Assembly (NCBI RefSeq): GCF_963676685.1
Contig: NC_092350.1
Span: 73,780,001-73,844,000 of the forward strand
DNA: 64,000 bases
Direction: 5' to 3'
DNA from: Mytilus edulis
Lineage: Eukaryota
The position numbers and the translations under genes were made by a program. This document shows positions 26,277 through 38,698 of this stretch, one piece after another; the stretch's first letter is position 1, and the number at the start of each line of letters is the position of its first letter. A model generated the notes under the pieces. That model had not been told where the DNA came from, ran no database searches, and was given only the letters and a program-made list of their open reading frames with translations.

Positions 26277-27643
26277 GTAACTTCTTTTAAATATCAATTG
26301 GTAACATCCGGTGCTAGTTCTTTGATTTAGGTTCCCTGGATTTCATTCACAAAAATGGGGGGATACTAAGTTTTTTAGACTTTACCTCAAAAATGTTTTA
26401 GGAATATTCATACAATCTCCTTTTTGATTTTAAATAAAAATCCATGTTGTTATTACAATTTAGAACTTTTAAGTGTTAACCAAAATATTCACATAGTGTT
26501 ATTCACTTTAGAATGCCTAAAATTATTTCCATTTAAACTTAAAAAATGTAAAATCATGTTTATATTCCGATTTTGTCGTTGTTGTTTTTTTCTCATATGT
26601 TGTTTCAGAGTACAGGTTATACCATTCTGAAATAAGACAATTTTGTTAATACTTGTTTTGGGCAATAACTCTAGTATGTCTTTACTTTTCAGTTCTTTTG
26701 CCAGCTTCATTCTGTTGAGCATTTTATTATATTTTGACTCTAGATTCATTTCTCAGGAGCCACTTTTGATTCATATACTACCTTCATTTAAACAGTCTTA
26801 TTGCTGTAGTAAATAAGCAGTTTGAATAAAATTGCAGGCGTATTGTGTCTATAGTAAGTCTTTTAAACATTGTAAATATGAAATATGCAGCATGTCTTTG
26901 TTTTTGTATTTTTGTTATGATCAGATATGTTTCATGGTTTAAAATATAGACAGAATAATTCCAAGACTTGGTTTCAAGGCAATATTGATTAATCTCTGTA
27001 ATTTTGTATTGAACAATGTTGAATACTGTCAGTATAATATAAGGTTGTGTTGAATATGCTAGTCATTTTTTTAGTATTTACAAAGTCATGTTTTATCACG
27101 TCATTATACTTCAAAAAGTAAGACCATTTGTAAAAGGTTTTTTTTTTTATTTTTGTTATGATTATATAGGTTTTTTAGGTGAAACTATATGTAAAGTACA
27201 TGTAAAATACAAATACATTAATACATGTATTTGCAGAATGTTATAGGCAATGATAGTAACAGTCTGACACTCTATTCCAAGGCAATATTGAATTTTTTAT
27301 TTTATTTTTTATGAATATACAATATTTTTGTTATGAAATTTCAATTTTCTCAAACATTTACAAAGTTTTGTTTAAATGTGTCATCATGATTCACCCAATA
27401 ATGCTCTTTGTAACCACATACATGTTTTTGCCAAATTTAAAAGGCAGTTTTGATATTATGTTCATCTTTTTCAATTTGTTATAAATATACCTCATTGTCT
27501 ATATTTTTTATAAACATTTACAAAGTTATGTTTTTTAACTTGTTATTTTTATGTACGGGTATATCAATCATTGTTAATTACCATAATTATTGTTAAAACT
27601 TTTGAATACATGATATTTTTAATAAATTCATACTGATCAACAT

Positions 27644-29019
27644 TTATGCATATAGTCTTTGTTGTAAGTCTTCATGAGTCACACATTCTTCAATAATGTG
27701 CATGGCATGTTCAAAATATTCCTTCTTTATCTGAATAACATAGTGGCATTTTAAATCTGCTCCCCCTCCTGGTTGGTCATGTCTTTCGTTGCCTCTTCTG
27801 CGTCTAAATTGCTGGTGAGAGAGTGGTCTTGTTGACACAGTTGCTTCCCCAGTGTATCTACATGTTATATTTTCAACATAACCCCTTGTTGTCAACAGAT
27901 GGAAGGCCTTACACAGATTTGCTGGTACTCTCCCTACTTGTTTACCTGAATAATAATATAAATCAGATATAAATAATATGAATATTTGTTTTACATGAAA
28001 TTAGAATCATGAATTGTCTATATTCAATTTTCACAAAAGTGATGTTAGTACAATAGCTATTCAAATATGTTAGGAAGCATTAAGTTTAAGAGCTACGTGT
28101 CGAAATCATTGTTATGATCATTAGGCATCTATACTGGTCTTTTTAAAACGTTGCACTTCTATGGAAATAAAGATAATGACGAATAATTGTTTAACAACCA
28201 GTAGCAGGTCAGGTGCTTATTAAGGATTAGAACATGATAATGAGAAATAAGAAACCCTACTTTTGTACTAGCACTTGGACAGATTTTTAACAGTTTGCAG
28301 GAACAAATTATTTTGGATCCAGGCCAACTAGTCTTTGCTTTTACTCATTAAAGCTCAATGTCATGTGCTTGGCCATGTTGGCAGAGAAGCAGCAAATAAT
28401 TTTCAAGTCTGTGGTTGGTACCTTTGTCTTATGCCACTTGATATTTGATAACATAGATATAGGAAGATGTGGTGTGAGTGCCAATGAGACAACTCTCCAT
28501 CCAAATAACAATTTAAAAAGTACACCATTATAGGTTAAAGTACGGCCTTCAACACAGAGCCTTGGCTCACACCGAACAACAAGCTATAAAGGGCCCCAAT
28601 ATTACTAGTGTAAAACCATTCAAACGGGAAAACCAACGGTCTAATGCACCCTAACAATTTCACCACAGAGGGTTTTGGCAGTCTTTTGTTGTGTCAAGTC
28701 GTTCAAACAAAATAAAATTTTAACCTCACTAAGCAGGAAAACTTTACTCACCTGCTATGTGTCGCACTCTTTGTGGTGGATTACCATCTTTTGTTACAGT
28801 ATCATGAAGATGCTGAGGGATGTGCTGCAGTGCTGGAACTGACACCTTCATTGCATGAGGATCATATGGATTGTTAACCTCCAATTCAACATTCAATGGA
28901 ATCTCAACATGTGGCCGCAAACGAAAAACATGATAGCCTTTTATACTCCAATCAAATTTTATAGGTCTAACATTCATATTTTGTCTAACGATTGTGTTGT
29001 ATTCTGAACTGGATGCCAT
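27644..29019 (-). CDS. Intact two-exon HIRAN-like domain protein, 189 aa (exons 29019-28752 and 27945-27644)
   Basis: G|GTGAGT donor and TTCAG|G acceptor join IKGYHVF..LEVNNPYDPHAMKV to KQVGRVP..GGGADLKCHY, the E..N.YD..A..V / VG.VP HIRAN signature. Confidence 0.8.
28460..28645 (-). mobile_element. SINE-like 3' fragment (family B) in the HIRAN gene intron
   Basis: aagatgtggt..gccaatgagacaactctcca is the reverse complement of copies at 29870-29915 and 30225-30260. Confidence 0.6.
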
Positions 29020-29327
29020 GATCAAGAAGATACAAAATATAGCATTTTGCTTATGGTATGGACTACCAAAACCTTTTGATGACTTGAGGTTATGGTAAAC
29101 CCTAACTAGAAAGGTAATGGATGCCCATAACCTTATCAAGAGAAATGAAAAATAATTTCTCCCTCCCTCAAAATGCACAGTTATGGATATCCATAACTAT
29201 GAAGGTTATGGGTTACCATAACATTGTAGAGTTATGGCTTGCCATGAATTCCCAGACTGTTAATTGATTAGGATAAGATATCTTGGTTTTCAGTTGATTG
29301 CATCCGTGTCGTTCTCTCACAAGTACA

Positions 29328-29495
29328 AATGAAGATCTCGATCATTGTTCTGTTTATTTCTGTGTCATTTTGTCTCTTGTGCATGGAGGGTAATCACACC
29401 ACCTCGTCGTTTTATGAAGATCTCGATCATTGTTCTGTTTATTTCTGTGTCATTTTGTCTCTTGTGGAGGGTAATCACACCACCTCGTCGTTTTA
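29328..29495. repeat. ~86 bp tandem duplication of a SINE-derived 3' end
   Basis: atgaagatctcgatcattg...cacctcgtcgttttat occurs twice. Confidence 0.8.
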
Positions 29496-29649
29496 TAAGT
29501 ACAGAAAATCTTGGAAAGCTCATTTTTAATTGTTTTATTTTTTCTTTAATCGAATATTACAATCGTTACACCATTTTCCAAAGTCATGAATGCTTGGCGC
29601 CTTAAACATGATTTTACCCTGTCACATTATGTATATATATCTATATATA

Positions 29650-30265
29650 TATGTGTCTGTTCTTATTTAGGAGCCTGTAAACCAGTGGTTGTCATTTATT
29701 GCTGTATATCATATTTGTTTTCCGTTCATTGTTTTAGTACATATGTCATTTTTTTTATTTGTCATTTTGGAGCCTTTTATAGTTGACTGTACGGCATGGG
29801 TTTTACTCATTGTTGAAGCCCGTGCGCACGTGGCGACCTAATGTAAATCGGTAAATTTCAGCGTCATTTGGTCTCTTGTAGAGTGTTGTCTCATTGGCAA
29901 CCATACCATGTATTCATTTTTTTTAAATACCAGTTTATAGGTAGTCAATTGCACCACAATTGCACCAGAAAAAAACTTAATATGGGGAATTCTATATGTG
30001 CATGTACCAAGTTAGTAGCCTGTAAAAATCTGTATTCTTGCATTTATTGCTATGTATCATAATATTTTTCCGCTGTTGTTGTACATAAGTTGTTTTATAT
30101 TTGTCATTTTGCCATTTTGAGGCCTTTCATAGCTTACTATATGTGGTGTGGGTTTTGTTCATTTTTGAAGACCGTACGTTAACTAATAGTTGTATAATTT
30201 TTGTGCATTTGTTCTCTGACCATGTGGAGATTTGTCTCATTGGCAATCATACCAAATCTTCCTAT
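29650..30265 (+). mobile_element. Two decayed tandem SINE-like family B copies
   Basis: agcctgtaa..gtcatttt..gcct..atag..gaag.ccgt..ttgtctcattggcaa.catacca occurs twice. Confidence 0.6.
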
Positions 30266-31655
30266 ATAAATATACTAGTTAAGCATGTTTTGTAAGGGAA
30301 ACCCCGAACGATTACACGGTTAAATAACTGGTGAAAAACTTCATGGATTGTAGAGTTAAATTATCTCAGTGAAGTTAGATATGTCGATGTTAATCCAATT
30401 GCGTACCATATATCATTAATATAAGGGACCTATAATCATGATAATCAAACTTTAAATCGTGCCAGTAACATAGACGAAAAGTTCCAGTCGATGAACAGTC
30501 CACTATGCGGACTGTGGCGACTGGGCCATGTACTCTGCGGCATAGAAATGAGATGTTCTAATATTATTTCAACTGCATACCAAATATTATGACTGAGCAG
30601 CTTTATATGGGTCCATCTTTGATTAACAGACATTCCATCACAACTTCAACATTGAAAGTATATATAATATATAAGCAAAAGTTTCAAAATCGACCATGCA
30701 TTCATATAATATTCACGGATATGAGTTTTGCTAATGCTAATACATCTGCAAGTTTTTGTTAATTAGTATCGTCCTGAATTTCATGAAATATTGTCCAGTG
30801 GACGTGAAGCAAACAACTTATATCCATACATTGTTTTTGATATTTAGTCTATTATATCATAACGCAAGAAATCAAAACCATCCAATAGTCATTTTTTTCG
30901 GTTTAAATCTAAACGTCATTCTTGTGTTGGTAACAGTTTGACATTATTACATTGAAAAAAAAAACCAACAGTTAATATTGTTTTATAAGTCTCACTATAG
31001 GTTATTAGAACAAAATGAGTATGGTTAGATTATTAAATGCATGTGTAAACCTAATATTATATGTAAAACTGAAGTTTCTTTTCAATTTCCTTCATTCTTT
31101 TTTAATGCATTAAATGTATGTGTATAGATAATTTGTCAAAGTTGTCCCATTCCTAGAACATGTACTATATTTTTCTATCTTTGAGTGGTTATCAGAAAAT
31201 CCTAAAACCTTAGAACTTGTATCTGCATGCCATAACAGATTAATAGCTTTACTTTGCCTTTTTATAACTGAGAAAAAATCTCAACGGCTTAGATCATGCA
31301 GGACTGTATCTTACTGATGTAAAGCTTAAAAAAATACAAATCATAATACTAAATTATATATATATACATCTCTTCGCACCTTTTGATAAAACTGTTGCAT
31401 ATAAATGTTTAACTCAATTGATATGTATTTACTTAGTCGTTGCTAATGATATAAGTGCGAGAACTTTAGACGGTGCATCATTGAACTGAATTGACCTGCG
31501 TAGGCGTAGGTAGAATAAAGCTGTCATTTCACTTATCAAGCTTTTAACCACATAACGGTAACCAATTCATCATGCATGCTGATTTTGAGCACGCGTCTAA
31601 TCGTTACAGTCCCTTTAACAAATACCGCTGTTATAAAAGACCTTTAATAGATAAT

Positions 31656-33260
31656 CAGGAGCGTAGCTTACGTTGAGGCAACCGATGCAACTGCCTCGGT
31701 AAAAAACAAATCCTTCACTGTATTTTCTTTTAAATGATTATTGCAGCAAACTGGCTACTAAACAATAATGTAGCAACTTGTTATGTCTTGTTGGCGTGGT
31801 TATTGATTCATACCCTTTACGAATTATTCAAGACTTATGGGAACATTTGAATTAACTTTCTCTCCTCTACTTGGAAATACCCTTTACGGTAGTTTTCTGT
31901 AATTCAAGTTTGTCAGAGTAAAAGGAAATCGACAACAGATTTATTTTGTCCTACCCCATTGCAAGCGAAAACAGTGAGTAGAATAGATGAGGATGCAACT
32001 CACGAGTCACCCGATCAAATCACTTTACCATTGAATTAGGTCAATTAGTTTATTTTGTGTCAGAATAATTTCTAGTATATGAGGGCCTGGGTGAGGTTTT
32101 AAGAAAACAGAAAAATCGGTCCTGAAATTAATTTAAATTTGAAAGAATATGGATTTAAAATGGTGCTAACTTATAAAATAAAGGAAAATCAAATTATTGG
32201 CGACAATGATTAAAAAATAAATATTTGATAATCCCATTCTAAGCATTCAAACCCTCATTTATAACCGTTGACATGTTCCCCTACGACTATGTTCATTGAC
32301 TTTGGTACTAAACAAATACATTTATATATATATTATAGTGCACAGAAAATAATTTATATGTTGTGGTTCTCAAGTTTTATTCTCGCTATTTTAAATTCAT
32401 AGTACGTTTTCACAAGCAGGGAATTTAAAATATTTAAAGGAATCACTAATTCCAGAGAAATATGTCTGTTAGTTAATACATAATGTCAGTTTGTATATAT
32501 ATAAAAAAAATCAACCGAATGCTGTTCATTTATAATGAAGACTTCAGAATAAAGTAAATCTTAGTTATTCCCCGGTTGGCATGTTCATCGTGAATGAAAA
32601 AAAAGTTAAAAATCATTCAATATGTAATTTCAAGACCTTCGAAGGAATACACCACCAAAACAAGTGCCGTGCTACACTTTACATATAGCATATGTTTTTC
32701 TCCTTGTTTATCCTGAAATTCGTTTGTTCAATCCAGCAGTCATTTTGTGGTGATTATCTATAATTCGTTGATTCGTGACCTACGACCAAACATATTATCA
32801 TCACTAAACTTATTACAAATAAACCTTAATATTTGCGGTTTTTTTCTGTATTGAACATTTTGTACAGGTTTCTTCTATCCACCGAGCATGGTCATGATAT
32901 CTTGTGATATGACGTGTGATGTACAGCCAACTATATTAGAGTGTACTACGGCTTGGAAATATATTGGGAGACATTAGGCATTTGAGCTGGCTTTCTGCTG
33001 GGAACAGTATGTCAATATACATATATATGTACATATGTTCCTGCTTTTTGTAACTGCTAGCAAGTCAGGAAACTGACTTTTCATTGGTTGTCTAATGTGA
33101 TACCTTCACCGTCGTATTTTGTTATTTTTATAGCTTTGAGTATAGATAGTAAGGCATATAATAAACATTATTATGATGAAATAACATTGAACAGCAACTG
33201 TGCCCCCCCCCCCCCCTGACCCCCTGCCTCGGTATGAACAGAAGGCAAGCTACGCCACTG
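31656..33260. mobile_element. Non-autonomous TIR element (hAT-like termini), imperfect 6 bp TSD
   Basis: caggagcgtagctt at the left, aagctacgccactg at the right; tgcctcggt near both ends; flanks gataat/gatatt. Confidence 0.6.
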
Positions 33261-33651
33261 GATATTTTCAGCTTCCTTTTTTTAATCATTAATTAGAATA
33301 TTCATTCTTCCGACTTAGGTATCTTGTTATTTAAAAAGATGTCTTTGTTTTAGGTTGAATTTCTGTAATAAATAGGATTTTACCGAAAAGCACTAAACTT
33401 AAATATTTTGATATACGTAATTCCAGAAACATCTCTTATTATTTATTATATGGGATGTGATATGACTGTTGTTTCTCTACTATCTATTACTATCTAATAT
33501 TTGAGACCATTCAGGTAAATGGTATTTTTTTTCAATCAGATTTTCAATCGGTTTTGTCTAAAACTACTACATATAAATTCAACATATTTTTACTTAATAT
33601 ATAACATAAAAGTATAAAAATCAATTTACACTAGTACAAAAACTGTCTGTA

Positions 33652-33684
<33 letters not shown>

Positions 33685-33686
<2 letters not shown>

Positions 33687-33950
33687 CTCTAGATCTAAAT
33701 AATCGAGGTCCCGAATTTACAGAAATTTAAATCCCGACATCCCGAAATTAGAAAAAATAAATCTTGGATCCCGAAAGGGTCAATCCCGAAATCCCGAGCT
33801 TATAAACACCTGATCCCGACGTCCCTAAAAAGTCAAGCCCTCTCCCTCTGCCATGTAATTATCAAAATTTTCCGAGCTTAAAAACACCCGATCCCGACGT
33901 CCCTAAAAATTCCTGCCCTCTCCCTCTGCCATGTAATTATCAAAATTTTC
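33685..33950. repeat. MITE remnant with ATCCCGA repeats and a local ~78 bp duplication, after poly(A)
   Basis: Many tcccga motifs; gatcccgacgtccctaaaaa..tctccctctgccatgtaattatcaaaatttt occurs twice. Confidence 0.5.
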
Positions 33951-35371
33951 GTGTTTATGCTGCACACAGCAGAATTTGTTTTCTTTCTTGATACTCAACC
34001 CAAACAACTCAGACTAAATGATCTCATTAAACATATTGCGGATAGCCATTTAATAAAAAATTAGTATAGAAACTAACTAACTAAAGTTTATTCAGTACAA
34101 AATCCAGCACAAAAGGATCATCGCTGAAACACTTGAGCACATATAAAAAAAAAAAATTAAGAAAACAAACAAACAAAAATCATGAAACTGTTATTTGAAT
34201 TATAGAAAAAAGATATCAGTTTCCCTTTGTGATCCTTTATGTATCCAAACCAAAATTGTAAAAAAAAAACAACAGTTCTTTGATTTGCAAAGAACGACAA
34301 TAAATTCTATGTTATCATTATTTGAACTGATGAAGGTTATACAAAAAAAAAAAAAAAAAAAAAAAAAAGAAACATTTTCTGATTAGCTGAAGGGTGGTTT
34401 TCATTCGGCAATCCTTGGTAGAATCCGCTACTCTCCTTCCTAGATGAGGATAAAATCGTCCGAGTTGAGACGAAGACAAGTTTTAGAACTATGTAGATAA
34501 GAACATGACAATTGCCATTACATTTACAGTGCGTGCCTAGATCGTAAACGTCGCACAAAGTGCTATAATATATAGATACGATGATGTCTTAAAAACCTTT
34601 TTATTAGATTTTATGATGTAAAACGACAAATTCTGTGCGTGGATTAAGTTTTTAGACACTATGAACGTTTTATTCGATTTTGATGAAAACAGAGTCTCTG
34701 ATGAAAAGACGAAGTGTTTTTAGCTTTTACTGAGAGCCTTAGTCTATACTGAGAGTCTATACTGTGACTGTGTTATAGTAGTCTCAGGTCTATATTGTGA
34801 AAGGCGAACTATTTTAGATTTTAATGCTGCAAGCTTGTTATTCTTTTTACCAGTGCGAACGTGAGCGTGAGTGAAGTAATTTATTTTACAACATTTATCT
34901 TTAAGAATGAACTATTTTACTATTTTACTACGTAAACATATATAATCCCCCTGTATATATGTCCGGTAACTAGCCTATTAAACGCAACTAAGAATACATA
35001 CTACAAGCTATACGTGCAACTAGAAAGTGATCCTGTATATATTAGTGGAGGATATAGTGTACATATTATATTCCTACATTCGTGGTGGTGGGTTTTGTTC
35101 TACACGCCGTAACGGTGTGGTTGTCCTACAAAGGATGTGAAGATTTAAAAGAAGAAGTTTACCTTATCTCCCTTCCAGAACTATTTATAGGTGGCGCTGT
35201 ATACAGCATGGATGCTGATTTGTTTTGTGCATACAGAGTATAGTTTCAGTAAATTACATCCACATGGCGCAAAATTATTTAGTAAAGTTGTTTGATTGCC
35301 AGAGGGATGTTACATCATATCTCAAAAGGTTAGGACTGAAATGTGGGCAGAGACAGAACAGAACATATTTT

Positions 35372-35938
35372 GGGCTCTCGGGTCTAAAATTATTTGAATT
35401 TTTTTTATTTATGAAATATAGGATTTCTCTATATTTTTCTATAAATGAACTTTATCTTATACTTAATAGAAAAATGAAATAAAAAAATGGGGTCACCGTT
35501 CATTTACGCTCACAATCTGCCTTCGAAAGGAGCATACATTTTTGTTAATGTCGTTTTTTTCTGTTGAACTAATAGGAGAAATAGCGGCAATATCGAAATA
35601 AGAAAATAACTAAATTACAGAAATCGCTAAAATTTTACAATTATTTAGTCTATGTACAGCTTATTCGAAAACAATAAAAAATATAGGTCACCGATGAGTT
35701 AAAAAAGATATTTCAATTTTTATGCCAAAAAATGGCATTTTTGCACCAAAGGGAGATAATTTGAAGCTTTTTCAATGGCATCTACATTTTAAAAGTCTGC
35801 TGGGGCCAACACGAATTGATTTTTTGGAATGATTTTTGTACCATATGATAAAGTAACAGCTACTTGGTAATCAATAAAATTTGTAATGAAAAATTAATGT
35901 TTAATTTTTTTCTGAAAATCTTATACCCGTGAGCCTCC
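35372..35938. mobile_element. Non-autonomous TIR element remnant (Kolobok-like, TTAA at right end)
   Basis: Right end ttatacccgtgagcctcc followed by ttaa; degraded left end gggctctcgggtctaaaat. Confidence 0.45.
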
Positions 35939-36236
35939 TTAAGGGCCCACAAGGGGCATACAGAGCATACATGAATAAGGAAAAAGAACATTGATTTGCA
36001 TAGATACATGGATACAAACAATTTTTTTACATACAGTTACAATACAATTACTAACTCATATTCACAAGATTTTACAGCCGAAGTCTTTAGTCTTTAGTAA
36101 GTGTCCCAAATGACACTGTAAACACTTGTGTACGTTTCCTCTTTTGTAGTTTCTTCACATATGTAATGTTCACTCATGTACTTAATTGTAATTGTGGCTG
36201 CTGCTTAAAAAATTTTGACTTAATTTTGATATAGAT

Positions 36237-37199
36237 TTATAGTGTTTTTTGCTGTATAGTGTTTTTGAATCTACCAGACTCCGTTAAATAATTTTCCAGA
36301 TGGCACAATATCTCATTTCGATTGTCTCTATTAATGTCTTCTTCATCGATTCCTAATAAGGTGTCTAAATCCATGTGTATATTTCCTGTAATAAAGTAAA
36401 TAGATGTTCTCATTCTCTCTCTAGCCTCCTCATAGTTAGAACAATGTAAAAGATAGTGTTCTACAGTTTCTGGCTCTCCACAGGAACAGTTTTTGTCTGA
36501 TGATGGTATAATTTTGGATTTATAATCATTTAGATCACAATAACCTGTTCTCAAACTAGTAGTAATTGAAAACGACCATTTGGATGGTAAATCTTTTGGT
36601 ATTTTCTGACAGACATTTTGATGATAATTGTAATAATTTCTGCCACGTTGACTTGATTCCCATTGGTTCTGCCATTTTCTTAAAACACTTTCTCTTGCTG
36701 CACGTTTTATATCCTGCCTGGTTACTTCTGATGGTTCTTCTATTTTTTCAGCTTCTATAGCTCCTTTTTTGGCCAGTGAATCAGCAATGTCATTTCCTTG
36801 GATATCAGCATGACCAGGTGTCCATTCAAAATTTAATGGAATTCCATTCATCTTTAATACTTTCATGTTTTTCTTAATTTCTCTTATGACTTTGATGTAA
36901 TTCTCTGATTTCCAGTTTAAAGTTAAAATTCCAATTGAGGTCTGACTATCTGAAAAAAGTGTAATTGAGTCTGTGTTTTGTCTGTTTTCTGATATTAAAA
37001 AGTGGTCAACAACAAGTTTAATGGCGATCAGTTCTCCGAGTAGTATTGATCCTTTCTTGGATACAGCTTTACTAATTTCAATTTGTGGTTGATTATTTGA
37101 TGGAAAGATGACAGCACCTGCTCCTACAGGGCCAGGACTACCAAGACAGGACCCATCAGTAAATGCTATACATGAATTTGCAGGAAGATGACTTAGTTC
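36237..37199 (-). mobile_element. 5'-truncated LINE with RNase H and C-terminal CCHC knuckle (I/Nimb/Proto1-type)
   Basis: Frame open from 37199: AFTDGSCLGSPGPVGAG, GELIAI, FSDSQ, WTPGHADIQGNDIADSLAK, CSCGEPETVEHYLLHC. Confidence 0.9.
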
Positions 37200-37265
37200 T
37201 GTCGGAAGGCAATATAATCGCTATGCGGATAATTTGGGCAGTTTTTGTTTAAAATTAATTATGTG

Positions 37266-37406
37266 GGTTCGTGGTCTAGTATTTAAGACCGATGGCTACA
37301 GTGCTAAAGGTCCCAGGTTCGATCTTGACTCGGGGCGCTGGAAATTCAGTACCATAAGTAGGGTGATTTTCATCCTCCCACACACATCTCGGGGACCTAG
37401 ACCGGA
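37266..37406 (+). mobile_element. 5' portion of tRNA-derived SINE (same family as 3312-3784)
   Basis: High identity to the reverse complement of 3645-3784. Confidence 0.8.
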
Positions 37407-37590
37407 ATGGGTATCCAACCGTAGTCTAAAATTGTTCATCTTGTCAGTTCGTTAGGTATTTGTGTTTGAACTTACATAATGAAACATGGGGAAACTACGC
37501 ATTGACGTCACTACAGCGTAGAAAAACAGTGTTGAATACGTTTTTTTCTGCACTTTTGAATAAAAAAACATTTCTTAAGGTATGTTTTCA

Positions 37591-37752
37591 TACACCTTAT
37601 CGCTAATCCCAGCTGACACGGCCGCTTGAACTTTTGACGTCAACAACAATCACTTTTTCATTGTGGTGTCAGATATTTTGCTTTAAGAAGTCAAAATTTT
37701 ATGGGAACCTGTGTGATATCCAGTAATAGCAGACAAATAGCGATAAGGTGTA
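37591..37752. mobile_element. Small MITE
   Basis: TIR tacaccttatcgcta / tagcgataaggtgta; related fragment at ~59470. Confidence 0.65.
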
Positions 37753-38035
37753 TTGTTGTTCCCAATTATTGCTAAAAAATGCCAATTTTCTAATGCTCAT
37801 TTCGATCCTGATTTCCTATTGTCTAAAAACATTCTAGAACTTCACAAAATACCACTTCCGGCATCCATTGCTTTGTGTACATTGTTAATGTTAATTATCA
37901 CTGAACTAGTATATATGTAAGCTTCAAAGCTATGTCCGGCCTCAAATCTATGTCCTTTCAGCAAATCTATGTCCTTTTTAATATTGCGTCATAGACGTTC
38001 CAAATATTCATCCTTTACTGTCTTTTTAGTAAATA

Positions 38036-38698
38036 TATAACCAAGGCCAGTACATTGCACGTTCCTGACCTGGTTATTCATCTTGCTAGGTTGGGGGAAC
38101 TAGCTGGTAGCTTTGATATGAATACATGTCAACGTAACACAGATTCAAAGTTCAATATATAATGTTTATTAAATCAGCATTCAGTATAATAGTTTATCAA
38201 TCACAATAATCACAATAATCACATAAGTTCATGAGACATAATAAAACAGTATGTCTAATAAGTCTATAACACAAGTGTCCAATACGTGAATATATGGCAA
38301 GTGTCCCTAACTACCTGGTCAACTAATATATATTGTTTCATTATTCAATTTACATAACATTAATACTCAAAATAGCTAATTTACATAATAATGCTTATTT
38401 ATCTATATTCCCAAATATCAAGTCTTTGTGACATAACTTAAATCATCTTAAAAAGTAAGAAATCCCTTTTGTATATATAGCACTTCTTTAATCCTTAATT
38501 CTCTATTGTCATTTAAGCCTCAGGGGATTACATAATAATTTGCTTTACACTTATCTAAAATTGTGAAGATTTATATTAACTATTTATCAAGTAAATTATT
38601 TCTTAAGCTAGTGCTAAATATCTTAACTAATACTAAATTATAACAATTATTCAAATTCCACATTTTAACATTCTTGCATCCAAAATATACTGGTTATA
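38036..38698 (-). repeat. 3' LTR
   Basis: TATAACCA...TGGTTATA terminal inverted repeat; adjacent PPT AAGGGAAGGG (38699-38708, minus strand). Confidence 0.95.

Larger units (their letters stand above)
19992..29259. mobile_element. Cut-and-paste DNA transposon, 9268 bp, 58 bp perfect TIR (CAGTCTGGGAATTC...), 5 bp TSD TTAAT; carries RAG1-N-like, basic-protein and HIRAN-like genes
   Basis: 19992-20049 is the exact reverse complement of 29202-29259. TTAAT at 19987-19991 and 29260-29264. Confidence 0.95.

Noticed and set aside
26276-27640. RAG2-like gene or RAG1 catalytic core inside the CAGTC element
   Set aside because: AT-rich UTR-like sequence with no kelch, PHD or DDE motifs visible, so the element is not called a true ProtoRAG.
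34320-34380. Hammerhead-like ctgatgaagg...gaaac
   Set aside because: Interrupted by poly(A), with no pairing stems or cleavage triplet.
34385-35158. Possible non-autonomous retroposon ending in (AAG)n
   Set aside because: The tail is suggestive but no TSD, ORF or second copy supports it in this window.
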